The notes under the pieces are model-generated. The model saw nothing but the letters and a program-made list of their open reading frames with translations. It was not told where the DNA came from and searched no databases. Shown here in pieces: positions 54,503-63,516 of a stretch of 64,000 nucleotides of DNA. How positions within the stretch are numbered: position 1 is the first letter of the stretch; each line of letters opens with the position of its first letter. The DNA is taken from positions 5,440,001 to 5,504,000 of the forward strand of contig OZ242214.1 of NCBI GenBank assembly GCA_965206595.1. The letters run 5' to 3'. Origin of the DNA: Candidatus Latescibacterota bacterium. Lineage in GTDB: Bacteria; Latescibacterota; UBA2968; UBA8231. The translations under genes were made by a program, and so were the position numbers.

Positions 54503-54826
54503 ATGATCCGCATCCTAATGAGCATTCGTCCATCCGAGTTGGTTGTCGCCCTACTCGTCGCAGTTGGGGTGGTCGTCTTCGGCTCCGTGGAAGAGGCGCG
54601 GGCGGATTTCAGTTCGACTTGCGCCGAACTGGACTATTACGAATCAAAGTGGATATGCGATTGGGAATATCCGAGGCACTGCAAGAAAAAAAGCATCGGA
54701 ATCTGTACGTATAAAGTGTGGAGGCAAATAAAGGTTGAAAAGCATCCAATAGGTGGTTGCTATGTAGCGGATACACGCTGTTCGTGGACTTCATGCTTTG
54801 AAGTATTTTGTGGTAAACGTTGGTAA
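54503..54826 (+). CDS. Secreted cysteine-rich miniprotein (8 Cys in ~73-aa mature part)
   Basis: RBS AAGGA 12 nt after the upstream stop; Sec signal ending ARA; mature DFSSTC...WIC...RHC...GIC...GGC...TRC...TSC...VFCGKRW; AT-rich. Confidence 0.75.
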   Translation: MIRILMSIRPSELVVALLVAVGVVVFGSVEEARADFSSTCAELDYYESKWICDWEYPRHCKKKSIGICTYKVWRQIKVEKHPIGGCYVADTRCSWTSCFEVFCGKRW

Positions 54827-54900
54827 CCCTACTTAGTAACCGTTCAATTCTCCTGCAAATGTAAAAGAAGGAATTACCAAGCAGGTTATAGGGTTCGTCG

Positions 54901-55310
54901 ATGTCTTTAGGGATTGGTTGTGAGGTGCTCCGATTGGTTAATCGTTTTCGACCTACGGGCACCTGCAGTCAGGTCTGCTGGGCTCACCAGCGGCGCACCC
55001 TTGAGAACTTTGTGGTGCGAGACGGAGAGGCCGAGCGCGTTTGTCACCATCTGTCGGACTTTAGCGAGCAGGCTGTTTTCTTGGTGGCATTAAGTCCCCA
55101 TAGCGGAACCTCCGTCCCGGGCTGACTTCCAGAACTATATCGATATTTTTCGAGCTATCGAAAAGGAGTGGAGCCAACCAACAACGAGACCCGAACGAGC
55201 GCTTCCCCATGGAGTGTTGTGGCGCGCCCAGCTTCGGTACCCACAGTGCCCAAGAAAGCCGCTTCTTAGCGGCCTCTGCTCACGGTGAGTATACTCTGCG
55301 CCAGCAACAA
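54901..55310 (+). mobile_element. Degenerate IS66-family transposase relic
   Basis: Fragments across frames: QVCWAH.RR (54970), GVEPTNN (55165), ERAL.HGVLWR, SFGTHS, LLTV..TLRQQ. Confidence 0.65.
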
Positions 55311-55359
55311 CGGCTCTATTGTGAGTCTGGAGAATGCCGTGCAGAGAGCTAAAATAGCA

Positions 55360-57624
55360 GTGAACCGAATCGTCCCCCTTTTTTTGATTTTTGCACTTTC
55401 ACGGGTGCTACAGGCTGTTGAATTTCCAGGTAAGGTTTTTCTGGGGCCTCAGCTGAAGCTTGTTTTAAACAGTTCCCCTCAGACTTTCAGAGTACCGGGG
55501 GCGAAAGCCGTCGAACAGTTGCCAATCTACGTTGTGTTGCAGGCCGATCCTGTCCGGCTCCAAGCCGCCGTCGTTGCATGCGGGGGTAGCCTCGGCACGG
55601 TTATCGACGACATCGCCACCGCCTTCCTTCCCCCGGGGGACTTGGTTCGGCTCGCGCGGGAGGCGGGAGTTTCCCGTATAGAGTTGGTTGGGCAAGCCAC
55701 ACCCCACCTAGAGCGCTTCAAAACCCATGCTTATCTCAGCGACCCTCGAAAACAACAGTCCGGCGGCAGGTCCTTCCTTGGAGAGGAGGTCCTTCCCGAA
55801 CTGCCGGACGCAACGGCCTTGCACTATGAGATCCCACCCCTCGACCATGCCTACACTGGAAAGGGGGTGGTGATCGGTTTCTTCGACAGCGGGATCAACT
55901 TCCATCATCTTGATTTTCGTGACCCCGGTGATCCAAGCAAAAGTCGGATTCTGTCCATCTGGGACCCGCAGGATTCCCGGGGACCTTCTCCACCCGGACG
56001 CAGGGGTACCGAGTGGACAAGGGAGCAGATCGAAGCAACCCTGAATGGAGATTCAAACTCTCCTTCGGGAGATCAAAACGGTCACGGAACCGCGGTAGCC
56101 GGGACTGCCACTGGTAATGGGACAGGAACAGGAAGTTATGCCGGAGTGGCGCCCGAGGCGGATATCGTTATGGTGATCAGTCGCGGATTATCATACTTAG
56201 AAGCTGCAGACTACATCTATCAGAAAGCGGCGGAAATCGGCAAACCCGCGGTGGTCAATTTCAGTAAATTGGGAAGTGTCATTCCTGGCTCCCTCGAGGA
56301 GAAAGGATTGGAGAAGCTTGTTCGGGCCGCCCCGGGTCGTGCCTTTGTCGCAAGTGCCGGGAATGGAGGAAACTACATTGGACACTGGGGTGGATTTTCC
56401 CTGCAACAGGAACCCCTATGGACATACTACAAAGTTTTCGCCGACTCATCTGTTTTGGATGAGCCTGAGAATGGTTTCATTTGGCTCGAGGGCATCGTGC
56501 TTGGAACTTCGAATGGAAGCGGGTTTCTTGCCCTAGCCCTGGAAGAGGAACCGGAAGGACAAGACATTCAAGGAACCCAGATTACAAGGAGCGCTTGGAT
56601 CAACCTGTCGGAGCTTGCCGCAGATTCCTTTGTCAATGCCAGCAGCGATACTATGAAATCTGAGAGCGGAGATATTTTGGGTATAGTTAACTTGGCGGCT
56701 TCTCAATTGGAAAGCCGGAGCATCAGTTTTTCAATCCATGCATTTCAGTTTCCCAAAATTCGGAACAATGCTCCTGTTGTGTGGCGATTTATGGCTAAAG
56801 GGCAGGGCATCATCCACGTTTGGACCCATTTTGGGGAGCCCGTCACCAGGAGTGATCTAAGCTCCGAAACCGGATATCGCCCGTTGGACAATCGTTACAT
56901 GGTCCCTTCCCCGGCTGCCTCCGGGGAGGTAATCGCGGCAGGAGCCTACGCCAATATTCAGCCCCCAGTTCTCCCCCGCGTGGATCAGGGTGATTTGCTG
57001 CCACTCTCGAGCAGGGGGCCGACCATTCACGAACGGATCAAACCCGATCTCGTAGCCCCCGGAGTCTTATATACCAGTTCCCATGTCGGGATCGATAAGC
57101 GCGTCGGTGTTTACGGCACCAGCTTTTCTGCCCCGGTGGTCGCCGGTGCCGTTGCCCTCTACTTCGAGCGCTTTCCGCAGGCCACCAACCGGGACGTCTG
57201 GCGCGCCCTCACCGAATCAGCCGCTTCCGACGAGTTCACTGGGGTGACCCCCAACTTCGACTGGGGGTACGGCAAGCTCGATGTCGCCGCGCTTCTGCAG
57301 GAACCGCCCACCGTGGTTGCCGCCGAGACGGGGGAGGTTCGCCCCGCTGGCTTTGCCCTTGAGCAGAACTACCCCAACCCGTTCAACGGGCGCACCTCGA
57401 TCAGCTACCAGCTTCCAGGCCCTGGTGCGGTCGAGTTGATCCTCTATGGCCTGCTGGGCCAGCCGGTGCGGCGCCTGGTGTCCGAGTACCAGGGCGCCGG
57501 GTTTCACCGTGTCGCGTGGGACGGAACCGATGACGGGGGGCATCCGGTCGCCAGCGGGGTATATCTGTACCGGCTGAAGGCGGGTGACCAACTGCTTTCG
57601 CGCCGTCTCGTTCTCGTTCGCTGA
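55360..57624 (+). CDS. S8 (Csp-like) subtilase 1 with prodomain and C-terminal FlgD-Ig/T9SS-A-like domain
   Basis: Signal VNRIVPLFLIFALSRVLQA, prodomain, GKGVVIGFFDSG, GHGTAVAG, SAGN, GTSFSAP, LEQNYPNPFN...VASGVYLYRL. Confidence 0.88.
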   Translation: MNRIVPLFLIFALSRVLQAVEFPGKVFLGPQLKLVLNSSPQTFRVPGAKAVEQLPIYVVLQADPVRLQAAVVACGGSLGTVIDDIATAFLPPGDLVRLAREAGVSRIELVGQATPHLERFKTHAYLSDPRKQQSGGRSFLGEEVLPELPDATALHYEIPPLDHAYTGKGVVIGFFDSGINFHHLDFRDPGDPSKSRILSIWDPQDSRGPSPPGRRGTEWTREQIEATLNGDSNSPSGDQNGHGTAVAGTATGNGTGTGSYAGVAPEADIVMVISRGLSYLEAADYIYQKAAEIGKPAVVNFSKLGSVIPGSLEEKGLEKLVRAAPGRAFVASAGNGGNYIGHWGGFSLQQEPLWTYYKVFADSSVLDEPENGFIWLEGIVLGTSNGSGFLALALEEEPEGQDIQGTQITRSAWINLSELAADSFVNASSDTMKSESGDILGIVNLAASQLESRSISFSIHAFQFPKIRNNAPVVWRFMAKGQGIIHVWTHFGEPVTRSDLSSETGYRPLDNRYMVPSPAASGEVIAAGAYANIQPPVLPRVDQGDLLPLSSRGPTIHERIKPDLVAPGVLYTSSHVGIDKRVGVYGTSFSAPVVAGAVALYFERFPQATNRDVWRALTESAASDEFTGVTPNFDWGYGKLDVAALLQEPPTVVAAETGEVRPAGFALEQNYPNPFNGRTSISYQLPGPGAVELILYGLLGQPVRRLVSEYQGAGFHRVAWDGTDDGGHPVASGVYLYRLKAGDQLLSRRLVLVR

Positions 57625-57659
57625 ACCTGCCGACATTGGATTTTCGCGGGGGAGTCAAG

Positions 57660-59630
57660 ATGAAGCTCACCATTCTGAGTTTCCTTTCCCTGCTCACGCA
57701 GGTGCCCCTCACAGCGGCCGAAGTCCCCGCAACTTCTGGAACCTCACCTCCCCTGAACAGGTTGTCTTTCCGTTCCCTGGGTGGTGCGGTAGAAGGAGAA
57801 CCCTCCGGCACTCTCCTCGAATCCCTGTCCGGGGTGACGGCCACCGGCAAGGGGGTGATCGTCGGCATCATTGACTCCGGGATCGACTGGCGCCACCCCG
57901 ATTTTCGCGATCCGGCAGACAGCCTGCACAGCCGCATCCTCAGCATCTGGGACACGAAACTTTACCTGTCGATGGAAGAAGGTCCGCCTCCGCCGGGGTT
58001 CGATTACGGCCGGGAGTGGACGCGGAAGGAAATCGAGGCCGCGCTGCGCGGCGAGAGACGCGGTCCGCCGCGCGATCCGGTTCTCGATCACGGGACCTAT
58101 GTCGCCGGCATCGCCGCCGGCAACGGCAACGCCGATCCCCGATACCGGGGCATGGCACCCGATGCCGAAATCGTCGTGGTCACTGTTGGTGCGGAATTGA
58201 CTCTGCCGGACGCTCTCAGTTACATCTTTGGAGTTGCGGAGCGCGAAGGCCTGCCGTCAGTGGTGAATTATAGCGGGGGATTGGCTTGGGGCTACCGGGA
58301 AGGAAACCTGGAAGAGTTCTTGCGCGAGCAACCGGGCAGGGCCCTCGTAGCCTCAGCGGGAAATGTGGGCAACCAGCGGCATGTCCGCTTTGAATTGGAG
58401 GAGGAGACCTCCTTTTACACGATTTTTCAGACCCTTGAGTGGGTCCCTCCGTTCTGGAGGTCGGTGGAAGTACGCGCAAGTGATTTCCGCTGGCTTGTCG
58501 CCTACCACCAGGGTCCGGGCGAGGCTTGGGTAGGAACAGGACCTTCGGCTGAAGAGATGGTCTGGCGTTCCTCCAATCAGCTTGCCGATCTGGGGGGAGA
58601 ACCGGAAAGGCATCCATTCCTCGTTGAGGAACCCGAATACGAGATTGACAGTCCCGTAAATGCCGACGGAGATACCTTGGGGCGCGTCGCTTGGTCGGGC
58701 CATCGCGTCGGGGAAAACAAGTGGCTGGAGATCATGGTCGAGAACTGGGTGCCGGAAGTGTCGGATTGGCGGCTTGTGGCGAAGGGGAGCGGAGTGCTCC
58801 ATGTCTGGATGCTGGCAGATGCTCCGCAGCAGGTTACGAATTCCCGGTCGAACCATGACCCGTATTTCCACCCCCACGACAACCTCTACACCCTCTCCTA
58901 TCCCTCTACGTCGCCGGAAGTGATTTCGGTCGGCGCCTTCGCCAACCGGGTGCCGGATGCTTACGAGAACCTGCAGGCAGGCGACCTGATGCCGTTCTCT
59001 TCAAGGGGACCTTCCCTGGACGGCCTGCTGAAGCCTGACCTGGTTGCTCCCAGTGTTCTGACCGCGGCGCGCAGCGGCGACTCGACGAGATACCGCGACG
59101 GCTTCGGTCCGCGAGGGGGGGGGACCAGCGCCGCGTCCCCGGTCGTTGCAGGGGCAGTGGCCCTGTATTTCGAGCGGTTTCCCCGGGCCACCAACCGCGA
59201 GGTCTGGCGGGCTCTCACCGAATCGGCGGTTTCCGACGAGTTTACCGGGGAGACCCCCAATTTCGACTGGGGGTACGGCAAGCTCGACGTCGCCGCCTTT
59301 CTGCAGGAACCGCCCACGGTGGTCGCTGCCGAGGCCAGGGAGGTTCGCCCCGCCGGCCTTTCGCTCGAGCAGAACTACCCCAACCCGTTCAACGGGCGCA
59401 CCTCGATTAGCTACGGATTACCGAAGCCCGGAGCGGTGGAGCTGACCCTCTACGATCTGCTGGGCCAACCGGTGCGACGGCTGGTGTCGGAGTACCAGGG
59501 CGCCGGGTCTTACCGTATCGCCTGGGACGGAGCGGATGATGAGGGGAACCAAGTCGCCAGCGGCGTGTATCTGTACCGGCTGAAAGCGGGGCACCAGCAG
59601 CGGGCCCGGCGGCTCGTTCTCGCTCGTTAA
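57660..59630 (+). CDS. S8 (Csp-like) subtilase 2, no evident prodomain, with C-terminal sorting-like domain
   Basis: MKLTILSFLSLL signal; GIIDSG, DHGTYVAG, SAGN, GTSAASP; NYPNPFN tail. Confidence 0.9.
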   Translation: MKLTILSFLSLLTQVPLTAAEVPATSGTSPPLNRLSFRSLGGAVEGEPSGTLLESLSGVTATGKGVIVGIIDSGIDWRHPDFRDPADSLHSRILSIWDTKLYLSMEEGPPPPGFDYGREWTRKEIEAALRGERRGPPRDPVLDHGTYVAGIAAGNGNADPRYRGMAPDAEIVVVTVGAELTLPDALSYIFGVAEREGLPSVVNYSGGLAWGYREGNLEEFLREQPGRALVASAGNVGNQRHVRFELEEETSFYTIFQTLEWVPPFWRSVEVRASDFRWLVAYHQGPGEAWVGTGPSAEEMVWRSSNQLADLGGEPERHPFLVEEPEYEIDSPVNADGDTLGRVAWSGHRVGENKWLEIMVENWVPEVSDWRLVAKGSGVLHVWMLADAPQQVTNSRSNHDPYFHPHDNLYTLSYPSTSPEVISVGAFANRVPDAYENLQAGDLMPFSSRGPSLDGLLKPDLVAPSVLTAARSGDSTRYRDGFGPRGGGTSAASPVVAGAVALYFERFPRATNREVWRALTESAVSDEFTGETPNFDWGYGKLDVAAFLQEPPTVVAAEAREVRPAGLSLEQNYPNPFNGRTSISYGLPKPGAVELTLYDLLGQPVRRLVSEYQGAGSYRIAWDGADDEGNQVASGVYLYRLKAGHQQRARRLVLAR

Positions 59631-59678
59631 TCTTCGCGAATCTGTTGCGGCTTCTGGGGGTTGCATGGGAAGGTCAGA

Positions 59679-61565
59679 ATGAAGCTCATCACCTTGAGCT
59701 TTCTTTCCCTGTCCCTGCACGGTTACCTCGCCGCTTTTGTAATCCCCGCATCCACCATTTCCGGTTCCTCCCTGAAAGACTGGTCCCTGCAATCTCTATC
59801 AGGCTCCGATGAGGGTGAGCTCTCCGGCAGCCTGCTAGAATCCCTTTCCGGGGTGACGGCCACCGGCAAGGGGGTGATCGTCGGCATCATCGACACTGGA
59901 ATCGACTGGCGTCACCCCGACTTCCGCGACCCCGCCGACAGCCTGCGCAGCCGTATTCTCAGCATCTGGGACAGGGAGAGTTCCCTGGAGGAGGAGAGCC
60001 CGCCCCCGGAGGGATTTGACTACGGCCGGGTGTGGACGCGTGATGAAATCGAAGCGGCGCTACGCGACGAGGCAGTCGGACCGCCGCGAGATCCCCACCG
60101 TCATGGGACCTTTGTCTCCGGCATCGCCGTGGGGAACGGCAACGCCGACCCGCGCTACCGGGGGATGGCGCCCGAGGCGGAGATCGTCGTCGTCACTCTC
60201 CCTGTATTGGAGGGCGTCCGCTACATCTTCGATATGGCAGGGAGAAAGGGCCGCCCGGCGGTGGTGAACTACAGCGGCGGAACTTTCCTTTCGCATAGTG
60301 AGCGGAAAGAGTTGGAGGGTCTTTTGCGGGAAAAACCGGGCCGGGCGCTGGTCGCCTCTGCAGGAAACGGGGGACAGGGTCTTCGCCACGCCCGTTTCGA
60401 CCTGACCGAGGACGTTTCCTTTACGATTTACCGGACGAGCCCAAGGGAGGAGGAGCCAGGGAGTGAGTTGATGGTCCAAGCGTATCATCAGGGTCCGGGG
60501 GAAGCCTGGATCGGGGCAGGGTTGTCCGAGGATGTAATGGTCTGGCGCTCCCTTGAGGAGATAGCGGAAAGCGAATTCGAAGATGTAACTGACAGCCTGG
60601 GGACCGCGAAGGTCGTCTGGGAGGGCAGCTTTGACGAGAAGGATTTCACGCTGTTAATCCACGTCGAGGACTCCAATCCAGAGTTGTCGGAATGGCGGGT
60701 GGCGGCGAAAGGGAGGGGGGTATTCCACACTTGGCTCTGGTCCGGCGGACCGGGAGACGAACCTGTGCAGGAACCGCTGGACGACCCGCAATACCGCCCC
60801 CGCGACAACTACTACACCCTCTTGTCCCCTTCCACGTCTCCGGAGGTCATCGCGGTCGGAGCCATCGCCAACCGGGATCTGGAGTTTCTTGCCGATACCG
60901 AAAAAGACCTGTTCGAGGACCTGAAGACCGGCGATCTGCTGCCGTTCTCATCTCGAGGCCCTGCCTTGGATGGCCTGCTCAAGCCCGACCTTGTGGCTCC
61001 GGGGGTGCTGACCTCGGCCTGGAGCGGCGATTCCACGAACTACCGGACCGCGGCGGGCACAAGCGTTTCGGCACCGGTCGTGGCCGGCGCCGTGGCCCTC
61101 TACTTCGAGCGCTTTCCTCAGGCCACCAACCGCGAGGTCTGGCGCGCCCTGACGGAATCTGCCGCTTCCGACGAGTTTACCGGGGAGACCCCCAACCTCG
61201 ACTGGGGGTACGGCAAGCTCGACGTCGCCGCCTTTCTGCAGGAGTCGCCCACCCTGGTTGCCGCCGAGCCCGGGGAAGCTCTTCCCTCAGGCTTCTCCCT
61301 GGCGCAGAACTACCCGAACCCGTTCAACGGGCGCACGACGATCACCTACGAACTGCCGAAGCCTGAGGGGGTGGAGCTGACTCTCTACGATCTGCTGGGC
61401 CAACCGGTGCGGCGCCTGGTGTCCGAATACCAGGGCGCCGGGTCTTACCGTATCGCCTGGGACGGGGCCGATGACGAGGGGAACCAGGTCGCCAGCGGAG
61501 TGTATCTATACCGGCTGAAAGCAGGGAGCCGGCAGCGGGCGCGGAGGCTTGTGTTGGTCCGCTGA
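59679..61565 (+). CDS. S8 (Csp-like) subtilase 3, no evident prodomain, with C-terminal sorting-like domain
   Basis: MKLITLSFLSL signal; GIIDTG, RHGTFVSG, SAGN, GTSVSAP; NYPNPFN tail. Confidence 0.9.
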   Translation: MKLITLSFLSLSLHGYLAAFVIPASTISGSSLKDWSLQSLSGSDEGELSGSLLESLSGVTATGKGVIVGIIDTGIDWRHPDFRDPADSLRSRILSIWDRESSLEEESPPPEGFDYGRVWTRDEIEAALRDEAVGPPRDPHRHGTFVSGIAVGNGNADPRYRGMAPEAEIVVVTLPVLEGVRYIFDMAGRKGRPAVVNYSGGTFLSHSERKELEGLLREKPGRALVASAGNGGQGLRHARFDLTEDVSFTIYRTSPREEEPGSELMVQAYHQGPGEAWIGAGLSEDVMVWRSLEEIAESEFEDVTDSLGTAKVVWEGSFDEKDFTLLIHVEDSNPELSEWRVAAKGRGVFHTWLWSGGPGDEPVQEPLDDPQYRPRDNYYTLLSPSTSPEVIAVGAIANRDLEFLADTEKDLFEDLKTGDLLPFSSRGPALDGLLKPDLVAPGVLTSAWSGDSTNYRTAAGTSVSAPVVAGAVALYFERFPQATNREVWRALTESAASDEFTGETPNLDWGYGKLDVAAFLQESPTLVAAEPGEALPSGFSLAQNYPNPFNGRTTITYELPKPEGVELTLYDLLGQPVRRLVSEYQGAGSYRIAWDGADDEGNQVASGVYLYRLKAGSRQRARRLVLVR

Positions 61566-61607
61566 CCCTGAATCACTTTCCCGATCGAAGGAGCCTGGAC
61601 ATCCGGG

Positions 61608-62147
61608 CTACTTCACCAGCCGGGCGATCTCCCTGAACCCGGGGTTGCCGGCCTCGCGCAGCAGCTCGAACAGGGCCGTTTCCACCGACGTTACCCCGGC
61701 GCCGGCGGCCCTCATCTTTTCCATGCCCACCCGCTTGTTGGCCAGGGTTCGGGACGACACCGCATCCTCGACGACCTCGACCTCGAAGCCGCGCTCGCGC
61801 AGGTCGCGGGCGGTCTGGTAGACGCAGATGTGGGTTTCTATTCCGGCGAGCAGGACCTGCTTCCTGCCGCTTTCCTCCAGCCGGCGCAGGAACTCCGGCT
61901 GCCCGCAGGCGCTGAAGCAGGTCTTGGCCAGCGGCTCCCGGCCCTCGAGCAGCTCGGCGACCTCGGGAATGGTCGGCCCCAGGCCCACGGGGTACTGCTC
62001 CAGCCAGAGGACAGGAAGATCAAGGGCCGTTGCCCCCTGCACGAGGATGCGCAGGTTGCGGTAGAGCTTCTCCTTCTCGTGCATGAGGCGGGCGAGCTTG
62101 CCCTGGACGTCGATGATCGCCAGCGCCGTATCGGAAGCTTCAAGCAT
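61608..62147 (-). CDS. Isochorismatase-family (YcaC-like) cysteine hydrolase
   Basis: AIIDVQ, EQYP.GLGPT, KTCFS, AGIETHICVYQT, DAVSSR. Confidence 0.92.
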   Translation of the reverse strand: MLEASDTALAIIDVQGKLARLMHEKEKLYRNLRILVQGATALDLPVLWLEQYPVGLGPTIPEVAELLEGREPLAKTCFSACGQPEFLRRLEESGRKQVLLAGIETHICVYQTARDLRERGFEVEVVEDAVSSRTLANKRVGMEKMRAAGAGVTSVETALFELLREAGNPGFREIARLVK

Positions 62148-62360
62148 CGCGAGCTCCTTCTACTGCCGGTTCTTTGCTGCATGCGGTCCCATTCATAAGA
62201 GTTGATCCATTCGGGGCACGGCGGGACTGATGCGCGGTCTTCCCGCCTGTTCGGCTCTTCCTCGGGCTCTCTATCCGATTCGCCTTACCCGTTCGCCTTC
62301 TGATGCCAGCGCCGATTCTGCCCGCCTGCCTCAAGGCGTCTCTGCCTTGAGAAGGCATCC

Positions 62361-63503
62361 TCAGATGTACCCGGTCGAGCCGTCGGGGCGCACCGGGCAG
62401 GTCCGCTGCCAGTGGATGTACTGGTCGCCGGAGACCGCCTCCTCGTCGACCTCGACTCCGAGTCCCGGGCGGTCCCTCAGTTCCAGATAGCCGTCCTTCG
62501 CCAGGTAGGGCTCGTCGACCCAGTCGTTCCACTCCGAACCCCGGGGATCTATGTACTCGAGGATCATGAAGTTGGCCGAGGCCGCGGCGAAGTGGACGTT
62601 GACCGCGGTTGCCAGCGGCCCCATCGGGTTGTGCGGCGCGACGCTGACGTAGTGCGCCTCGGCGATGGCGGCGATCTTGCGCATTTCGAGGAGCCCGCCG
62701 CAGATGCAGACGTCCGGCTGGATGATGTCGGCCCCCTGGGCGGCGAGCAGGTCGAGGAACTCGAAGCGCCCGTAGAGCGATTCTCCGGTGGCCAGCGGCA
62801 CCCGCATCTGGGCGCGCAGGCGCGCCCACTGGGGTATGTGCTCGGGCCGCAGCGGCTCCTCGTAGAAGAACGGGTCGTACGGGGCCAGGGCGTCGGCGAG
62901 CTGCAGGGCGCGGATCGGCTCGAAGATCTTGGCGTGTGGATCGAAGGCGAACTCGAAGCCGTCCGGGGTGTTGAGGCGCAGCTCCTCGAAGAACTTCGCC
63001 GCCTCGGAGCAGACGCGGCCCCAGCGGTCGGCGTCCGGGTCCAGGCGGTAGGGGCTGAGCTTGAAGGCGGTGAAGCCCCCCTCCTCGTGATGCCGCAGCG
63101 CCTGCTCGGCGGCCTCCTTGCCGCTGGCGCCGCCGATGCCGTGGTAGACCCGCACGCGGTCGCGCACGGCGCCGCCGAGAAGCATGTATACCGGCAGGCC
63201 CGCGGCCTTGCCGCTGATGTCCCACAGGGCGTGGTCGAGAGCGGAGATCGCCGGGTAGCCGACGCCTCCCGGGGGAAAGCGGAACTGCTGGTGCAGCTTC
63301 ATCATGATGTACTCGACGCGCCGCGGGTCCTCTCCCTCGATCATCTCGAACAGGTAGTCGGCCACCGGCTCGACGGAGAGGTCGGGGCCGGTCGAATACG
63401 CCTCCCCCCAGCCGTGCAGGCCCTCGTCGGTCTCGACCTTGAGCAGGGCCCGCGGACGGTTGCCGAAGCGGGCGATGAACGTCCTGATGGCAGTGATCTT
63501 CAC
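62361..63503 (-). CDS. Mandelate racemase/galactonate dehydratase-like enolase-family enzyme
   Basis: ETDEGLHGWGE, ALWDISGK...PVY.LLGG, FKL, FDPH, YEEP, ATGE, IIQPD, APHN. Confidence 0.9.
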   Translation of the reverse strand: MKITAIRTFIARFGNRPRALLKVETDEGLHGWGEAYSTGPDLSVEPVADYLFEMIEGEDPRRVEYIMMKLHQQFRFPPGGVGYPAISALDHALWDISGKAAGLPVYMLLGGAVRDRVRVYHGIGGASGKEAAEQALRHHEEGGFTAFKLSPYRLDPDADRWGRVCSEAAKFFEELRLNTPDGFEFAFDPHAKIFEPIRALQLADALAPYDPFFYEEPLRPEHIPQWARLRAQMRVPLATGESLYGRFEFLDLLAAQGADIIQPDVCICGGLLEMRKIAAIAEAHYVSVAPHNPMGPLATAVNVHFAAASANFMILEYIDPRGSEWNDWVDEPYLAKDGYLELRDRPGLGVEVDEEAVSGDQYIHWQRTCPVRPDGSTGYI

Positions 63504-63516
63504 CTTCGTGGCTCCT

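Noticed and set aside
54503-54826. Lanthipeptide, sactipeptide or ranthipeptide precursor
   Set aside because: It has a Sec signal rather than a RiPP leader, and there is no LanB/C/M, radical SAM, YcaO or C39 transporter gene in the window
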